Assembly (NCBI GenBank): GCA_037379345.1
Contig: CM074520.1
Span: forward strand, 7,068,001 to 7,132,000
Length of the DNA: 64,000 bases
Reading direction: 5' to 3'
DNA from: Perna viridis
Taxonomy: Eukaryota
Part shown: piece after piece, positions 12,001 through 27,700 of the stretch
How the letters are laid out: each line of letters opens with the position of its first letter
How positions within the stretch are numbered: position 1 is the stretch's first letter
Notes under the pieces: model-generated
What the model was told of the DNA's origin: nothing
Databases searched by the model: none
The model's input: the letters and a program-made list of their open reading frames with translations, nothing else
Translations under genes and position numbers: made by a program

Positions 12001-14449
12001 TCACCAAGAACTATCAACATATCTTAAACTGTTTATTAAATTATGCAACAGTAAAAGATTCAACAAAGCATTTCGTACTTAGGAGAAGGGCTTCTGTCTC
12101 ATTTCACAATATTTTTGGGGAAAACATCCAAAGTTTAAGATATGATTGTGTAAAATATGGCTTCTTCAAACTTTCAAAACTGAGAATCTATCTGCATATC
12201 AAAGATAATAGCTCTTTAATTTTTCTAATTTTTTGCATTTAATCTCATTCCATAAATATCTTATTTCTTAAAAGATAAGATAATAAAGTAAATATTTACA
12301 TTCATTTTAAAAAAAAATTCTAGTTTTGAAAAGAAAGAAGGTTGACTAATAAAAAAGTAATTTGTCCAGTAACTTTTATATTGGTTAACATCAAGTATAA
12401 TTGCATTACATCATGTTAGTGCTGACAATCACTACAAATCAGTAGATATAGTTTTCCTTGTTTATTTCATTATTGTATCATCATTAAAACATACATATTT
12501 ATTCACTAAATGAGTTTATATTTACACAAGGAGTGGGAGAAATACATTTTATAACAGTTGAATTCATTCTTGAAATTTTGTTTCCCTGATTCTAATTAAC
12601 TTTTCAACTAGAACCAACATGTATGCAGTTAATATCATTTTTCATTTTATTTATTTCAATTAAAATTTCAAATCAATGTCTCTTCTTGATCATATTTTAA
12701 TAACAAAGTTTTTATAATCTATATCTAGCAGTAATTCAAGTCTTAATTTTTTTTTACAAAAAATTATTATACTTGAACAGTTTACATATACAGGTGTATC
12801 AAGTTCCCATTACACTGAGTGGTAGAAATTCATCAAGACTATCAGTTACGCTCTATCAGATAAATCCTTCCCACAATACAGTGTGAATTCCATGCAGCAG
12901 TGGTCAGGTCAATAAAATCGTTGAGGACCAATATACTTATTTGTCTACATTTCCTGATAAAATATCACAATCAATAACCCCCTAAAGTTTCATATCAATT
13001 TATATCAGATGTTTGACAAATTTTAAATCCTTTCTGATTTAAATTTTGATCTTTCTTTTATAAACTAAAGCCATTTGTCCATTTCCATTTCTTATTGAAA
13101 GAAAAGTCCATTTTCTATAACATACACAAACAGCAGTGAATTGATAACATGTGATGACAAATAAAATGCAACATTAATTTCAATCATTTCATATTGATTC
13201 ATAAAAAAAATTAAGAAAAAATGTCTGATTTTACAGGTCCACTACTTTGTAGGGTTAAGAAATTGATTGAGGTTACTGAGTTCAGTATTTAATCCATACT
13301 AAGTGGGTAAACATTCCCATATTTAAATAACTGGAAAACTTTCTATTATTTCTTCATAATATTATTTTACAAACAATGACTCAATTAGGAAATTAACAAT
13401 ACTTTAATAATAAACAAATGCCTTATGACTGAGAATGCAAATTTTACACCATTTCAACTGTAGACCTTTAACCACTCACTTTTTTTACTGTGTATCACTG
13501 TGATAGTTTGTAGGCTTTGCTATACAGGATGGGAAAACATTCACAAGGCATTAACACTACTCATTACAAATCTGTGACACTTTTTTGTGTCTCTGCACAG
13601 GAGATTGGGTTATACAATGATAATCATCAGAGTCAATATTTGCCTACGTTTTTTTTTTTCATGGGAGGATGTCTAATGTAATTCAGCAAAGTTACCTCCC
13701 CCTTTTGCAAAATTTTGATAGATCAACTTAGAATATGATTAAATCGTAACTATTTTTAACTTTGTAAGTCAGAATTTCAAAATTAAATACACACACACCT
13801 TAAAAATGTGGCCTTTACTTATCATACATTCTGATGAACTTTGTAGAATAATATTAAATATGATTACAAGCATTAAGTAGCCTGAAACCATAGTTTATAC
13901 TTTGTCCTGAATTTAACTCACACACAGATTATACACAATATAATCATAGCTATTCATTACACATGGATAGTTTGTACTTCATAAAGAAATATAGAAATAC
14001 AAACAATTCAGTATGACAGACCCTGTACTGTTAGAATAATTCACTTCTTACAAGCTGCTCATTTAATACATGTATGCATTTATTCGTTGAAAATGATAAC
14101 TTTTCATTAAAACTGAACCAATTTAAATAACTTTATTTGAAAAGCTTTCTTCAATCTGGTGGAAAAATTATTAATTCAGGCCCAAATGGATGAAAAATAT
14201 TTCAAAATGATATTACGCACCCTTGTCAATGGTGGGATTTTAAAAATGTTTTCAAAAAGGAACATAAAAGATTGACGACTTCATTTTCAAAGCAATATAC
14301 AAGGCATAATGTAAATATAAACTACATCTATTGAAATATAATGGACTTACTTCATAGTACATAATACAGAGAAGTAATATACTCTGATATTGATCTAAGT
14401 AACAATTAGGCAGAAATTAGTACAGCCTGTATGTCATCCAACCTTTACA

Positions 14450-14611
14450 CAGTGAAACCTGTCTAAACCAAACCTCCTTACAACAGACAGGTGTTCAGAA
14501 TGCAATCTTCAGGTTCAAAGTATATTTGATCTAATATTAAACGACTTTACAAGATATCTGGTTTAGAAAGGTTTTTAAATGTATTCAGGGTTCAGTTTAG
14601 ACAGGTTACTG
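14450..14611. mobile_element. MITE, Tc1/mariner-pogo-like
   Basis: TIRs CAGTGAAACCTGTCTAAAC / GTTTAGACAGGTT-ACTG; followed by TA; 162 bp, non-coding. Confidence 0.75.
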
Positions 14612-14742
14612 TACATAACCCTTTCATCGATGAATCATGCTTGCAGAAGATATTTGTCAAATTTCATTACCAAGTTAAAAGGCTTTTGTTCATTTTTACA
14701 AGAAATTCTTATTAATGTTTACTTGATCTTTGTTAAAAATAT

Positions 14743-14806
14743 ATCTATATATTAGGAATTAGCTTACAGTATCAATCTATATATTAGGGATTAGCTTACA
14801 GTATCA
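14743..14806. repeat. 32-bp tandem duplication
   Basis: ATCTATATATTAGG(A/G)ATTAGCTTACAGTATCA x2. Confidence 0.9.
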
Positions 14807-14873
14807 ATCTAATAATAAGTAGGTAAAGTTCCACAAAATATCAAGCATAATAAATATTATCTGCCATTATACA

Positions 14874-14876
<3 letters not shown>

Positions 14877-14916
<40 letters not shown>

Positions 14917-14923
14917 CAATCAA
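14877..14923. repeat. (CAAT)n microsatellite
   Basis: About 11 tetranucleotide units, one interrupted. Confidence 0.95.
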
Positions 14924-15675
14924 TACATACCCCTGCCTGATTTTTACAAAGATTAAACAATTTCACCATGTTACCTGATCCAAACATTGACCCTTTTCAA
15001 AATTCAAACTTTAAGTAATAGATTTCTGTGTTCAACAGTCTATAAAGAAGAAAAGACCCTAAGACAGGGGGTATCTTGTATATTTACATAAAATGCAATC
15101 TCCTTTCTATCCACCAGTAAATTATATCTTTCTAGTTTCAATAACATATTGTATGTAAAGGTGTGAAGATGTCTAACAGTCCCTTAATGGAGAATAATGA
15201 ACTTACAAGTAAATTGATATCCTATAAAAGAGACGAGGACTCAAATTTACGACAAATATTTCTCTTTCATTCATTTCTAAAAGTACTTTTAAGGCATCAA
15301 AGGACTTAAGGATTCTTCTATCTTCTCAAGCCAAAACTGTGGGGTAGAAACTTAACGTCCTGTGTAACCTACCCACTCTCATGGTGAGGCTCCCTTTTAA
15401 GCATGAGTAGGTCTTTCATTGAGGCAAAAAATCTAACAAACTCAAATAAATTAGGTCAAGGTAAAATTTTACATCAAACTGACTCTTGCAAAGTGCAACA
15501 AAAAGCAATTTACTACTGTATATTCAAGCTAGAAGGTACTGTAAGCATCTCTAAATGACTTGTGATTCAGCCACTTTGTGTAGTTCTGAAAAATTAACAT
15601 GAAATCAATTAACACCATGAGTCCTACAACATGCTGAAGACTATCTGGTGTTCTATGGTTAAATTTGACTACTGA

Positions 15676-15730
15676 CAGGGGTGGATTCAGGCGGGGGCGT
15701 GGCGGGTGTGCGCCCCCTAAAATTTGCAAA
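15676..15730. mobile_element. GC-rich terminus of a MITE (CAGGGGCGGATCCAG-type)
   Basis: CAGGGGTGGATTCAGGCGGGGGCGTGGCGGGTGTGCGCCCCCTAAA; isolated GC/CpG patch in a CpG-poor intron; the other end was not identified. Confidence 0.55.
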
Positions 15731-18700
15731 GCATGGGTTGTCAGGGGTAGATTTAGGCAGTTTTAGGTTCAAACTTTAATTTCTTGCTAATCTTACCACA
15801 AAAGATATCTTTATTGCACCCACTCTAGAAGAACATTTCAAAAATTTAACCTAAAAAAATCATGGCCTGTGTTAAAGATCAGCTAGTACTCAGTAGTTGG
15901 GATTAAAATTTTGACAATGGGCCTTTTTTTAAATGAGCTCAATGAATTTCAAAGGGCCATTCTTGACATTTTTTTAATGGAACATTTTTAGATGGAATAT
16001 GATATATGGTACACGGACACTCAAATCTAAATAACTGAAATACTAGATTTTTATTCATGTTTGAAAATACCAACATCATAATAACAAATAGAATTTGTTA
16101 ACAAACGTACATCTAGTCCTGTGTTTCCTACTTAAACATGAATGTCCCCTCTTGGATTTTCAATGCCTATCTCCTTTTTAGCTTTTTTGCTCTTGAGACT
16201 ATGAGTCACCATTTTAAGTCAGGATTACATAAATAAGTGGTATAAAATGTTAAGGATTCAAGGATTTACCTTGTTACACAATGCAGAAGAGAACTAGGTG
16301 CATTCTCTTTAAAGCTGCAAAAAGTCCCAAAAGGAATTTGAAGCCTAAAATTCTTCTTTAAACTAAAGTGGCTCTTAGAGAAGGCATTCAACTTTCCAAT
16401 ACTATATATATATTGATTATAGGGTTTAAACAAAATAAAAAAGAAAAAAATCCTGCATTAAATCAAAAACATATTTTATACTAAAATCTTTAATCAAACA
16501 ATCTCCCTGTCAATATGTAATCCCTTTAGAAAAATGGATGTCCTTTAGAGAGGCCGTTTGATACAAACTATCCACTTCATCCTCCAAGCCATGAGATAAG
16601 AGGGGGAACATCAGAGTATACTCCACAGACATGATGACAGGTTAGGTACATATAAAACCAATTATGGTTCTGGACTGACAACAGGACTAGTCCTTATAGT
16701 TAATGTCTAAATTACTAAAACACTGCCAGCAAATGTTCCAGTGAGAAATATTTCACCCTGCCATATCGCCATGCTCTAATCTTCAATATTACTCCATGTT
16801 GATCTCAATGGCAATTTGTTACACTTGAAATTTAATTCTAAATTACAATGTTTAACTTGATATTACAAAATATTTAACTACCGATCTGGAAACAGAGCTA
16901 TGTTCCCGTCAAATGACTGAAACTCTAATCAATTAGAAAAACAAGACATGACTGGACCCCAACCAAATATCTGACCTGGTCATATCTGTGGGGAGAGAGA
17001 TTAGAGCAGTGGGTAAGTGATAAACTGCTCTGACCAGATGGATCATACCAAATATGATGAAGATTTGACTGAGTACCAATTTATTCCATATCAATAAACA
17101 ATTTAAATTATTCCAGCTGGGAATTCAGTAAAGATAAGTTGGTAAATTAACTTTATATGTACCTGAATTGCTGTCAAATGTGAAGAACATATTTTATCAT
17201 GTCAAAGACAATGTTTAAACATGCCATAAAAAGCCTATCCTAGAGTATCCCAAACTCTCGTGACCAAACATTAAACTATTAAAGAGTTATTAAGACTAAA
17301 AAAACACGTTACTGTCAACACTTCCATAAATGTCTAATGCTCATGTTTTGATTATCAAAAATGTGTATCTTACACATGTACATACATTCATGTCAATGCT
17401 TTAATTTATGTACAATGAGGTCAATAAATTACTACAATCTCAACAAACAAAACATGTAATAAAGCCAGTTTGAAGGAAAACATCAGTATTCTGTGATAGC
17501 ACCTTCTTATATGTTTTGTATTTTATTATACATGTATGTGGTTTTACTTAGTGTAACAAATACATGCCATGCATGGGAAAACCAGCATTAACACAGGACA
17601 GATATGTTTCCAATAAACATGAGCAACTAAATGTTCATACTTTTACCCTTCCAATTTAGAGAAAAGCTAATTCAGAAGTTAATTATACTTTCACTCTAAC
17701 TAGCCCTACTATTGTGCAAGACCCAATCATTTTTTTATTGGATTTTCCCCTGACAAAGACCTGTTGAGAAAAAATATGAATTAATCTTCAATGCTTGGCT
17801 TTAACCACCCTGGCCATAGCCTGGGTCTAGTAAAATAAGATTCAGTCTAGTAAAATGATGTGTAATTTATACTGTTTTTGAATAGTGTATAGTGATACAG
17901 GTCCCTGTAGCATAGATTTGGGCTAGCTCTAAAAATTTTCACGGAAAGAATTGTAATAATTTGCCTTTAATATTTTATATGTTAATTGTACATCCTGTGT
18001 TATTTACCTTTTAAACCTTGCTCCCCTTTTCCTTGTCCTGTTTATTCTTGGTGTTCTGAAGGAACCTCAATTTATGTGAAAGAGATGTAATGAATGTACC
18101 TAATTCTCTTTACATAGAAAAGTTAGCTGGAGAGTTGACGTTTATTGTTTACAAAGGAAATACAAAACTATTTTTTCAGTATTTTTTTAAAAGAAGTGTA
18201 AATATGTTAACGTGTTTACATAAAAATAATTCCAATTAATTAACTCCTATTAACTAAAGTGATATATTCAGACATGGCCATGTTCTTGATGGAAAAAGAT
18301 ATTTTTGTTTAACAAGGCATAATAATGAAACATGCAGTATGCAGGTCCTGTCCCTAAACATGACAGATTATATACATCAAAGGCTACACAGTTGAAAATA
18401 AATGAAATTTGTGTTAAGTTGTAACTGTTGATGGCTAATTACGTAAATATTAATTGTACATATAACTCACATCAAGCGTAAGTAGAAAATGATAAATGTG
18501 ATGTTTTTCTCCAGGGAAAACAAGAAAAAGATGAAGTCCAAACCTTCCTGTAATGGTTGTTACCAGTGTCAGTCCACTGATGAGGACAACAACATCATTA
18601 ATTATGGTAATTTCTTCTTTTGTTCTTAGTGAGGGAGTATATCAAGGTTGCCCTATATGTCCACTATCTTTGAGGAAAATTCCTCATAAAGACATTGTTT

Positions 18701-21700
18701 TACTTTTAACTAATAAAACAGGTTTATGGTCTATAGTTTACCGTCATAATTATGTAAAATGTAAAACAATACACCCATATAAGTTACTTTTAAGGCCAAA
18801 TATTCACATTCATAAAAGAAAAATAACAAATAACAGTGGTTCAAAATAAAATAGAAGGAAATAACATTTCATTCACTAATTAACCCCAGTATTGCAATGG
18901 TAATAAACAAGTTTCCTCTAACAAACAGTTTGTTAAAAGTTAAAGCAAGGACTAAGTTAAGTATTTATCATACTCTACATTTACTTGGCCAGTAAGATGC
19001 ATGATATTACAATAGAAGAGACATGGTAAACAAACTATGACATACATGTCAATGTGTCATTATTGTACACAGTATTTCTTAAAATCTTCACAAGAATATC
19101 TGAATCAACCTGCAACTAAAGTAAAGAAAATCTAAAATTGCAATGTGTCATAATAATTTTATTGAAGCTTGAGGAAGTGAGCAAGTAACAAACAATTTAT
19201 CTTCAACTGCAGAATGAAGATTGTCATAGAACATAAAATCATTAATGACAGAAGGCAAGTTACTGCTCTGAAAGGTACATGTACTATCATATATGATTCA
19301 GCAATTAATCAGATAAATTTCCTCACAAAAACTAATAGAAAAAAATTAATTCATGGTGCTTAGGTCAAAAGACTTGCAATTATCCATAATCACATGTATT
19401 TAACTTGATATTTACAACATGACATTTAATATTAACACCAGCTTTAAAGTAAGTTATGTAACTACCAATTTGAATAGTAACCAAAAATCTGACTCCCTGT
19501 GAAATAATATAAACAACAATTTACCCTAACAAGACAATTTTATATCAGAATTTTTACTGTGGATTTCACACAATGTGGTGTAAATTTCCTTCAATTATGA
19601 CTTTAAATTGCTTTATACCATATTAAATTCTCCCAGCCTTAGGATCAGTTACAGATTAAACATGTCACATCATCATATGTAACATGAAAGTTATGCACAT
19701 ATCCTGCACTTCGATAGTAAAGTTTCTTTCTAAACTGCAATGAAACCAGATTATATCCTTTACCTTGACTACATATATGAATACGTAGAGAACTATCACC
19801 AAGCAACATTCTCTATTTGTTTTATAAAAAAAGAGTTTAAATTTATACAAAATTCACATTTTTTGACATTGAAAAAAAATGTGGTATCATGACTTCAGAA
19901 TTAAATCTAGAACACAGTTGCACTTTCAGACATTTTTTTTCTACTTTTTTTTCTTGGTGACTTAGCAAAAAAGTATGAGATTCCTACGAATAACAACTAT
20001 AGGCTATCAACATTGTACACTTCCTAAGCATTCTTAATATTTGTCACTTGCATTATAAAGAAATGCACAACAAACAAGAAGTTAGATTTCAATATGGACA
20101 CGTTTCCCTACCGAGATGACAGACACACTATTTGTTTACAAGATAGATACGTTTTAAATTATTGATTCTCGGCCATTTCTTGTAATAATTGAACATAATG
20201 CTTATAAATTCTTAACAATAAGCCAATGTTACCTTACTACACAGCCTATTATTGATTACATTCCTTTATCTGCATGGAGCATTTACAGAGGATAAAACCA
20301 TACAAGGTATATTTTCACTACCGAAAGTTTTAATTTTCTTACTGTTTTACAATGACGATGGAATTTGTAATAAGAAATGGGACGTCAAAAGATTGCATAG
20401 TAAATCCACAATAAAAATTGACAGGCAGTTTAACGTCTTTATTCACTACATGTTTTCAAATTCAAATTAAACCTATACTTAAAATTGGTTCTTTCTAGGG
20501 GGAGTCACAAGAATCACAAAATTTGCCTGGCAAAAATATCATCCAGAAAAAATAATGTTGTACATTAACAGACTTCATACATGACAGAAAGATTAGCAAA
20601 AGAGGTGACCTACTTATTTGGTTCCACTAAAATGCATAAGAAATAGTAAATAATGTCAGCAAAGAACAATGCCTATGCTACAATTCTATTTACTATGAAT
20701 TCAAAAGAGAAGCAAGTGTGTACAACCAACTAGAGTTGACTATCGATTACAAAATTCTTTTATCCTATTAATCTATTTGGTGTTCTTATTTAAAAATGTC
20801 CAAAGTTTGCTTTAAATAAACAGTAGATAATCAATTCTCTCTCTAAAAATCAATCTCCACTGTGTAACCCGGTAGCCGTCGGCAATAAAGGGAGACCTGT
20901 AACACTGGTATCATTCTGTCTTATATACCACTGGCCCATTTTCTATTTATAAATGGTCCCTTTGTGATGGATAATTTATCATAAAGGGCTGCAGAAGATT
21001 GAAAATTAAATTTTAGAAAAATTGACCTTTTATTCAATCTACCAGATATGGTTTAACCAAAAATTCAATTTAAAAATTTAAATTAGAATGATAACTTGAA
21101 TTTGTTTAAACTTTCCATGGCCAAACACTGAATAGGAAGTATTTTGAATGTGTATTTTTGACTTTTTCCTCTATCAACCTAGATTGCAAGTAAAATATTT
21201 CATCTTCAAAGTAATATAACAACGATGATATCTTTTTCTACACATTTTACCAAATATCTATAAGAATAGCATACATTTCAAAGGCTCATAAAACATGTAT
21301 TTGCATAATCTCAACATATTCGTGCACAATTTTGAAATGTTTATAGCAATTCATTTCTATAAATTCTTTCAAACATTGAGCTTCTTCCAAATATTGTTTG
21401 CATTTCTGCCTCTTGAGAACATTTTTTATTGCACCAAACTTGTTCAGAGTGCAAAACTCATGAGTTTATAAGGTGTAATATTTAATTATAAATCTTATGA
21501 AATATATCTTGTAGCTTTTCACCTGCAATATATAGTCTAAAGGAGGTTTAAACAATAAAACATAGGTCTTTAGTAACAGGTTTAAAGTTGTTACAAGGGC
21601 CTAAAGACAAAACGAAAGTCAAAAGAAGGTCTAGGGGATATTTGCTGGAAGGAGACTTTAGACATTCTGGATCGCAGAAAAACAAAGGCATACTCTTTAA

Positions 21701-24700
21701 TCCATTTTTAACATATAAAAGCGGCTTGGTACTCATACCGACAGTTATGTTGAGCAGTTTCATTCATATTATTATTTGCCAACTAAAAAAAGATGTGAAG
21801 TTAAAGATTCACTGAACTGAGGAGTATGTTTATGTATTTGAATGGTAGTGTCCTAAACAAATCTTGTATCCGGGTATGCTGGATGAAATTTCATCATCTT
21901 AAGGATAGAATTAATGTTATAACCATAAGAGGCAAAGTATACCATGACATGACTTAATTCAAAATGAAGCATTAAGATTCTGCCTATTTATTCATATTTT
22001 ACAAATTAAGTCTTAAATAATTAATGAGAGTCTTAATAATTTACAATTTTCAGATGATAAAAGATCTGATGACGTGTAGTTTTAATAAAATCCAACAAAA
22101 CTTACAAAAAAGCTGAGGGGTTTCAAAATTAGAATTTCTCCTGTGCAGGGCAGCCATTGTTAAATAAAACACCATTTAGGTCCTATGGAAATTATTAAAT
22201 ATGACATTCTCATAATTCTAAAATAAATATGTCACTAGCCTATAAAAAAGAAATATACCAGGAAAAAAACAAAAACACCTGACTAGACTTAATTTTATGA
22301 GTACAGTAAAATAGGCCACTTTAATCTATGTGGTTGTTAAAATCCTCATGTTTGGCCATTTATTTCTGAACCTGATTTGCAAGCTATGTGTATTTGAATT
22401 TGACATGGTCATAAATCTGCATACAAGATGAAAAGGTAAACTCAACTTTTTTATGTGCACACTGTCTTGCATTTACATGTGACATGCAGAACAAATAAAT
22501 ACCCTTAGGTGGTACAAAAAACAATCCTTCAAAGGGGGCCTTACATGAGGGGTTTGTAAAGGAAGGTCATCCATAATGGATCAAATTATAAAGGAATATC
22601 AATTTATTTTGTTTTGCAGAAATACTATATCCAAACCTTTCTTTCACAAATTTACATAACATTTCCCCCAAAAAATTCTAAGCTATCAAATTTGATCATA
22701 AAAAATCCTTAACCAAAGTTCTTTATCAGGAAAGTTACATGAACTTACATGCTGTGGAATTAAAGAGGTTGAATTCAGGAGTTGAAATGATCATGAAGTA
22801 CTTATGTCTGATAGTAAACTGAAGAAGAGTAATGTCAATATTCATCAGGAGATATTTTACAAATATCATTGCATCTGTTACTGACTACATGTAGACAGTG
22901 TATCTGCCATTACATCTTCATGTGTAATTTTGATTATATCCTAAATTTTTTTTTTGGACATTCCTTATACATTGAAAGACCATCAAATGATTACCAAAAG
23001 CCCATTAAACTTCCTTATATTTGTCTATCCTACTATTCTTATATTTTAAGAATAATTGACTATAGTAAATTTATGACAACAGTGCATGCTAGAGCAAATT
23101 CATGTGACATTAACTAACAAGTCAACTGACAACAATTGAGCATACCTAACTGTCAAAATTTTGACAACATAAATGACTCAATGTTTTCTTTTTCAATTTG
23201 CCATGGCTGTGGTCAGCCAAGAAGACCAATAGAGGCCATGATGACTGCTCATCTGTTTACATCAATAGCCAAACAGTCAACATGTGTCATGATTTAGGTC
23301 CAGGAATATCAATAGCTACGTTCCTGATCTGACATGTTCATGGCTGGGGCTGTATATCGAATATTAACCTATTTATTGTGACACATCTTTAAAAGTTGGA
23401 ATAAATAATCCAGTATTTACAACATAACTGGTTATAGATTACTATTATTATGGAGAATAATATATACTATATGTTACAACTCTGTACAGTGTAATTTTAT
23501 ATTCACACCTGTAGAACCCACAATGATAAAAACCTCAGGCTTTAAGTACTTAGTCAAAACTCCTGATAGACTGCTACTGTTTTGTTAAGAAAAATGAACC
23601 TTAAAATAATATACTTGTTTTCTGTCTTTGAAAAACAGATTTTCTCCTTGAAAACATCTCAGAGATAACCATTTTATTTCTATGAAGCACATGGTTTATA
23701 ACAAGTAACAAAAACAACACAGCAAAATGCCATTATATGAAGAAAGAGTCCAAATACCCAAAGGAAGGCAAAGCATGATTAGTTGAATTTTACAAGATCC
23801 TCAAATACTTGTATATTTACAATAGGTTTTGCACTTTCCTTTCTTTGTAATTTAGGACTGGAATTAGATTTTGAATATAAGCCTGATAAAACAATTCTAA
23901 GTATTTGATAACGCTGAGTATTGGTTTATCCTGCCTTATCACATATAGCAATAGAAGCTGTAAAATCCTCATCAAACAAGCCAACAATTATCATGAAATG
24001 TATCCCTAAAATACTTGCAGAATTCAAAAGTTAGATAAGTAATGTGGTAATACTATGCTTATATGCAAATAAATAGTTTCTTAACATCTTTTTTTGTAGA
24101 CTTTTTTCCTTCCCTTAGAATTGAGATATAAATTCAGTTCAATCAACTTTAAAAAAGGTAAGGTTTTCAACCAGGATTTGATTTTTGTCTGCTTGATGTG
24201 TACAGACCATTTATATTGAGACAACAAACAAATCAGAAATAGAAATGCAGTTAAAAAGAATCGTAACAGAGAAATCAGGATTTAAAAAATCTTAGAATTT
24301 GAGCTTAAGTAAAAAAAGTTAACAAGAAAATTTTGTTGTTAAAAAAAAAACAAAAAACAAAAAAAACCACAAAATTTGATATTCAGAAACGAGAGTCATT
24401 TATTAAAATAGTGTTTGAAGCCTCCGAGTCCAGATTCCCATTCAACCAAGTCAGCATTCTATAGCATGAACACTACACACTCATTATATCTGCTACAAAT
24501 CATTAGTAATCACCTGTGTAATATGACTTAATTTTAAAGCATTTCAAGTTTGACACTTTACAAAATCCCAAACAATAAAAAAATAAAGGATTGTATAAGA
24601 ACGGATTTAATTCCATGAAGCTTCTGAATTAACTTTCCTTATTAACCAGACCAAATATCCACTCCTTAAGATTTGAAAGGACTTGAATTGATCTGACAGA

Positions 24701-27700
24701 TTTCTTTAATTACTCTTTTCATATTACAAAGAGAGTTTAAATACAATAGAAATACTTTTGACACAAACGATTTGTGAATTATCGAAGGTCACAAGCGATA
24801 AAATCGATAGGAAAGAAATTTATTTTTATCATACTCTTCATTCGTCAATAGCCTGAAGTTGACTGAGCACTTTCTGATGTGTAATCAATCTCGCTTTAAA
24901 ATTCCTGTGATGGGAAATCAAAGATTTCAAGATGATTAAAGGTTCTCAGATGGTCATGTTTTTAAAGAAGGCAGTCAACTTGTATCCTCCTATGATATTC
25001 CACTCAGAAATTTTCAGTGAGACAGACAGCTTGACTTTGAGCTATCTTCCATTGACATATTTACTGGTTTAGTACTTTGAATATTGTGTTTCTGCAAATT
25101 AGATTGTAATATTGTAGCTATGGTAATAAAAAAGCTGCAATAAAGATCTAACTTGTACATGTAATATGTATAGAGTATTGAAACAGAGTAAGAAGTAATC
25201 AAAACACTTTATGTCAAAATCATGTAACACAGGCCTACCATTTTTTCTACTTCACCTAAAGGTGTGCATGGTTTTCAGCTGACTGACCACATGAACTATA
25301 TTAGTCCATCAGTCTTATACATTAAAAGTAGCGATTATACCGTTATACACAATTAAATACTCTTTAACCAAGATATTAAAATTCAATTAATGCTTAAACT
25401 TGGAAATAGCTTGAGTCACAGCTCATCACTGTACCTTTCATTAAGATTGACAAAATCAAAAACATTGCAAAATTTTTGCTGATGCTACAATGTTATTAAT
25501 TGTAACTGGAATCAAAGTAAAATGGATGACTGAAAAAAATCTTTATCTGATTTATTAGTTAGAGAATGACAAACATTGTTAGTGTAGGAATGCTTAATTC
25601 ACTATATATCAGAAATATCTACAGATAATATATTTTACAAAGAAGTACCATCTGACGACTATAACTTTATCAAATCACTTTATCTTGAATTCAAATAAAA
25701 ACATTTCAATTTTTCCTTCTTCTGTAAATATCAGTAAATGACTTCTGACCTTCAGACAGATAGAATCTTGATCAAAACAACACATACAGGTAACTATCAC
25801 TTATATATCAAACGCACCTTTACCTTTTATCAGGTCATCTTTGCACATCAAAAGGTGAAATGATACCATTTTACGTATTATGATTGAAGAATTAAGATAG
25901 TATATTTTTTCCTTGGTGCCTTGCAGTGAATGTCCGTTTCTGACATTTCTCAATTGTCAACACCAAAATTACATCAATGAAAGGGGAGATAACTATCAAA
26001 TCATGAGTGATGCATTACATGTATAATTTTTACATTCAGGGGAATGACATGCAAACTTCAACTGGACTGTGAAATGCCAATTCTAATGGCAACTTTCATT
26101 TTTAAATGACAAAGAATTTTTTACAGACAAACAACTAGAAACCTCAAGTGTAAATAGAAACATCCCTGACAGACACCATCCATCTGCCATCAATAGCAAA
26201 GTGTTCACTGTTAAAGGTAAATGTGTTGTGAAATAAGGCAGCTGGTCTGTTTAACAAAACAGATCTTATTTTTTGTACCAACAGAAAATGTCTTCTATAA
26301 TTTTCTCCTTCTCTGGACTTCACACCTGGCCTTTAATTTGAAATTAAGCATGGTCAATCGAGGACATTGTCCATCAATTGATTTACAGACCAAAGATTAC
26401 TTTCCACACCTGATGTCCACAGAAAAAAAAGTCAATATGAATGATTTTATCTGATAAATTTTATCAAGTGTAAATATTCAACCATTAAAATTGACCCTCA
26501 AGCCACAAACTTTCCATGTCCTTCTACCAGTAAACTCCTATGTTAAACATAGATCACTATATGTTAATTAAATTGTTTTACTTGGAACATACGCCCCTCA
26601 CAACAAGAATAAAATGACGAAATTGTCAAATAAAGTTAACGAAAGCATGAAATGAAGTCCACCATTAAAGTTATGCCCTGAAGGGTAAGCAAACTATTTT
26701 GATTTCTGCTGTAAGGCTATAAAATATCAAACATACATAGACCAAGGATGTTACATTAGGTATGACCTAAGGGGCCAAGATATGTTTTCATGATGCTAAT
26801 GGACCCCAGAAGGAGCCAAATGTTCTAATTATCAATTTTTTCATCTTTGTAAAATATAAATTAAGTCCAAAGGTCCATAAGATCTAACATTTTTATTTTT
26901 ATCTAATGCATTTGCTGCAAGCTAGATTTAGATAATCGATTGATTTCAGGACACTGTCCTATAATATTTTGATAAAATCGGTTTATTCATCCATCAATAC
27001 AGAACTAAAAGGACTGCCACGTTACTGGTCTCATGGAAGCAAATTCACCTTGACAGCAAAATGCTGTGGGTTCAGTCTTTGGGCAAACATACTAAAGACT
27101 TTGAAAATGGTCATCCCTGGTTCTCTAACAAGCATGCATCATCTACATACAGGAATCCAGTTTGATTTATCAAGCATTGATGTCCAGCCAATCAATCAAT
27201 TACAATGGACAAGAAGCCAAAGAAAATTTGGCAACCTCCATGGTCAGTTACTGAATTTTCAGGGAACTGGGAAGGACAAAAATTCTTGGGTCATTTGAAA
27301 TGGAAAGTATGGCAATATCTTTCCTTATAAATGGAGGTATTGGTTGCAACAAAGACTTGCAGATAAATTGATTCCCATTTTCTTTCATAAATATAACAAA
27401 CAAAGAATCATTGTCAAAATCCATTTCAGTTATCAACATACAAAGTAGAGTAACATTAATTCTGCTGCATACCTAAATTTGCTACTATTGAAATGAATTG
27501 AATGAACTTGTAAGATTAGTCGAAGTGGATATGATATAAGAGGAAATCAGTATAAAACATTACACCCTCCTAAACCTGAACAATCTGTGAACAATAAGGG
27601 TATCAGCTCAAGTCAAGCTCTATATGGATAATATTCATTCACACCTAACTGTTTCACCAATCTATATAATCTCCGAACAATTTGTCTTCAATGTTATCTC

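Noticed and set aside
21548-21815. Opposed short ORFs in the large intron
   Set aside because: No recognisable homology or splice context.
26969-27439. Overlapping 109-aa and 63-aa ORFs as a nested gene
   Set aside because: No recognisable domain in the frames I read and no convincing exon structure; ORFs of this size are expected by chance.
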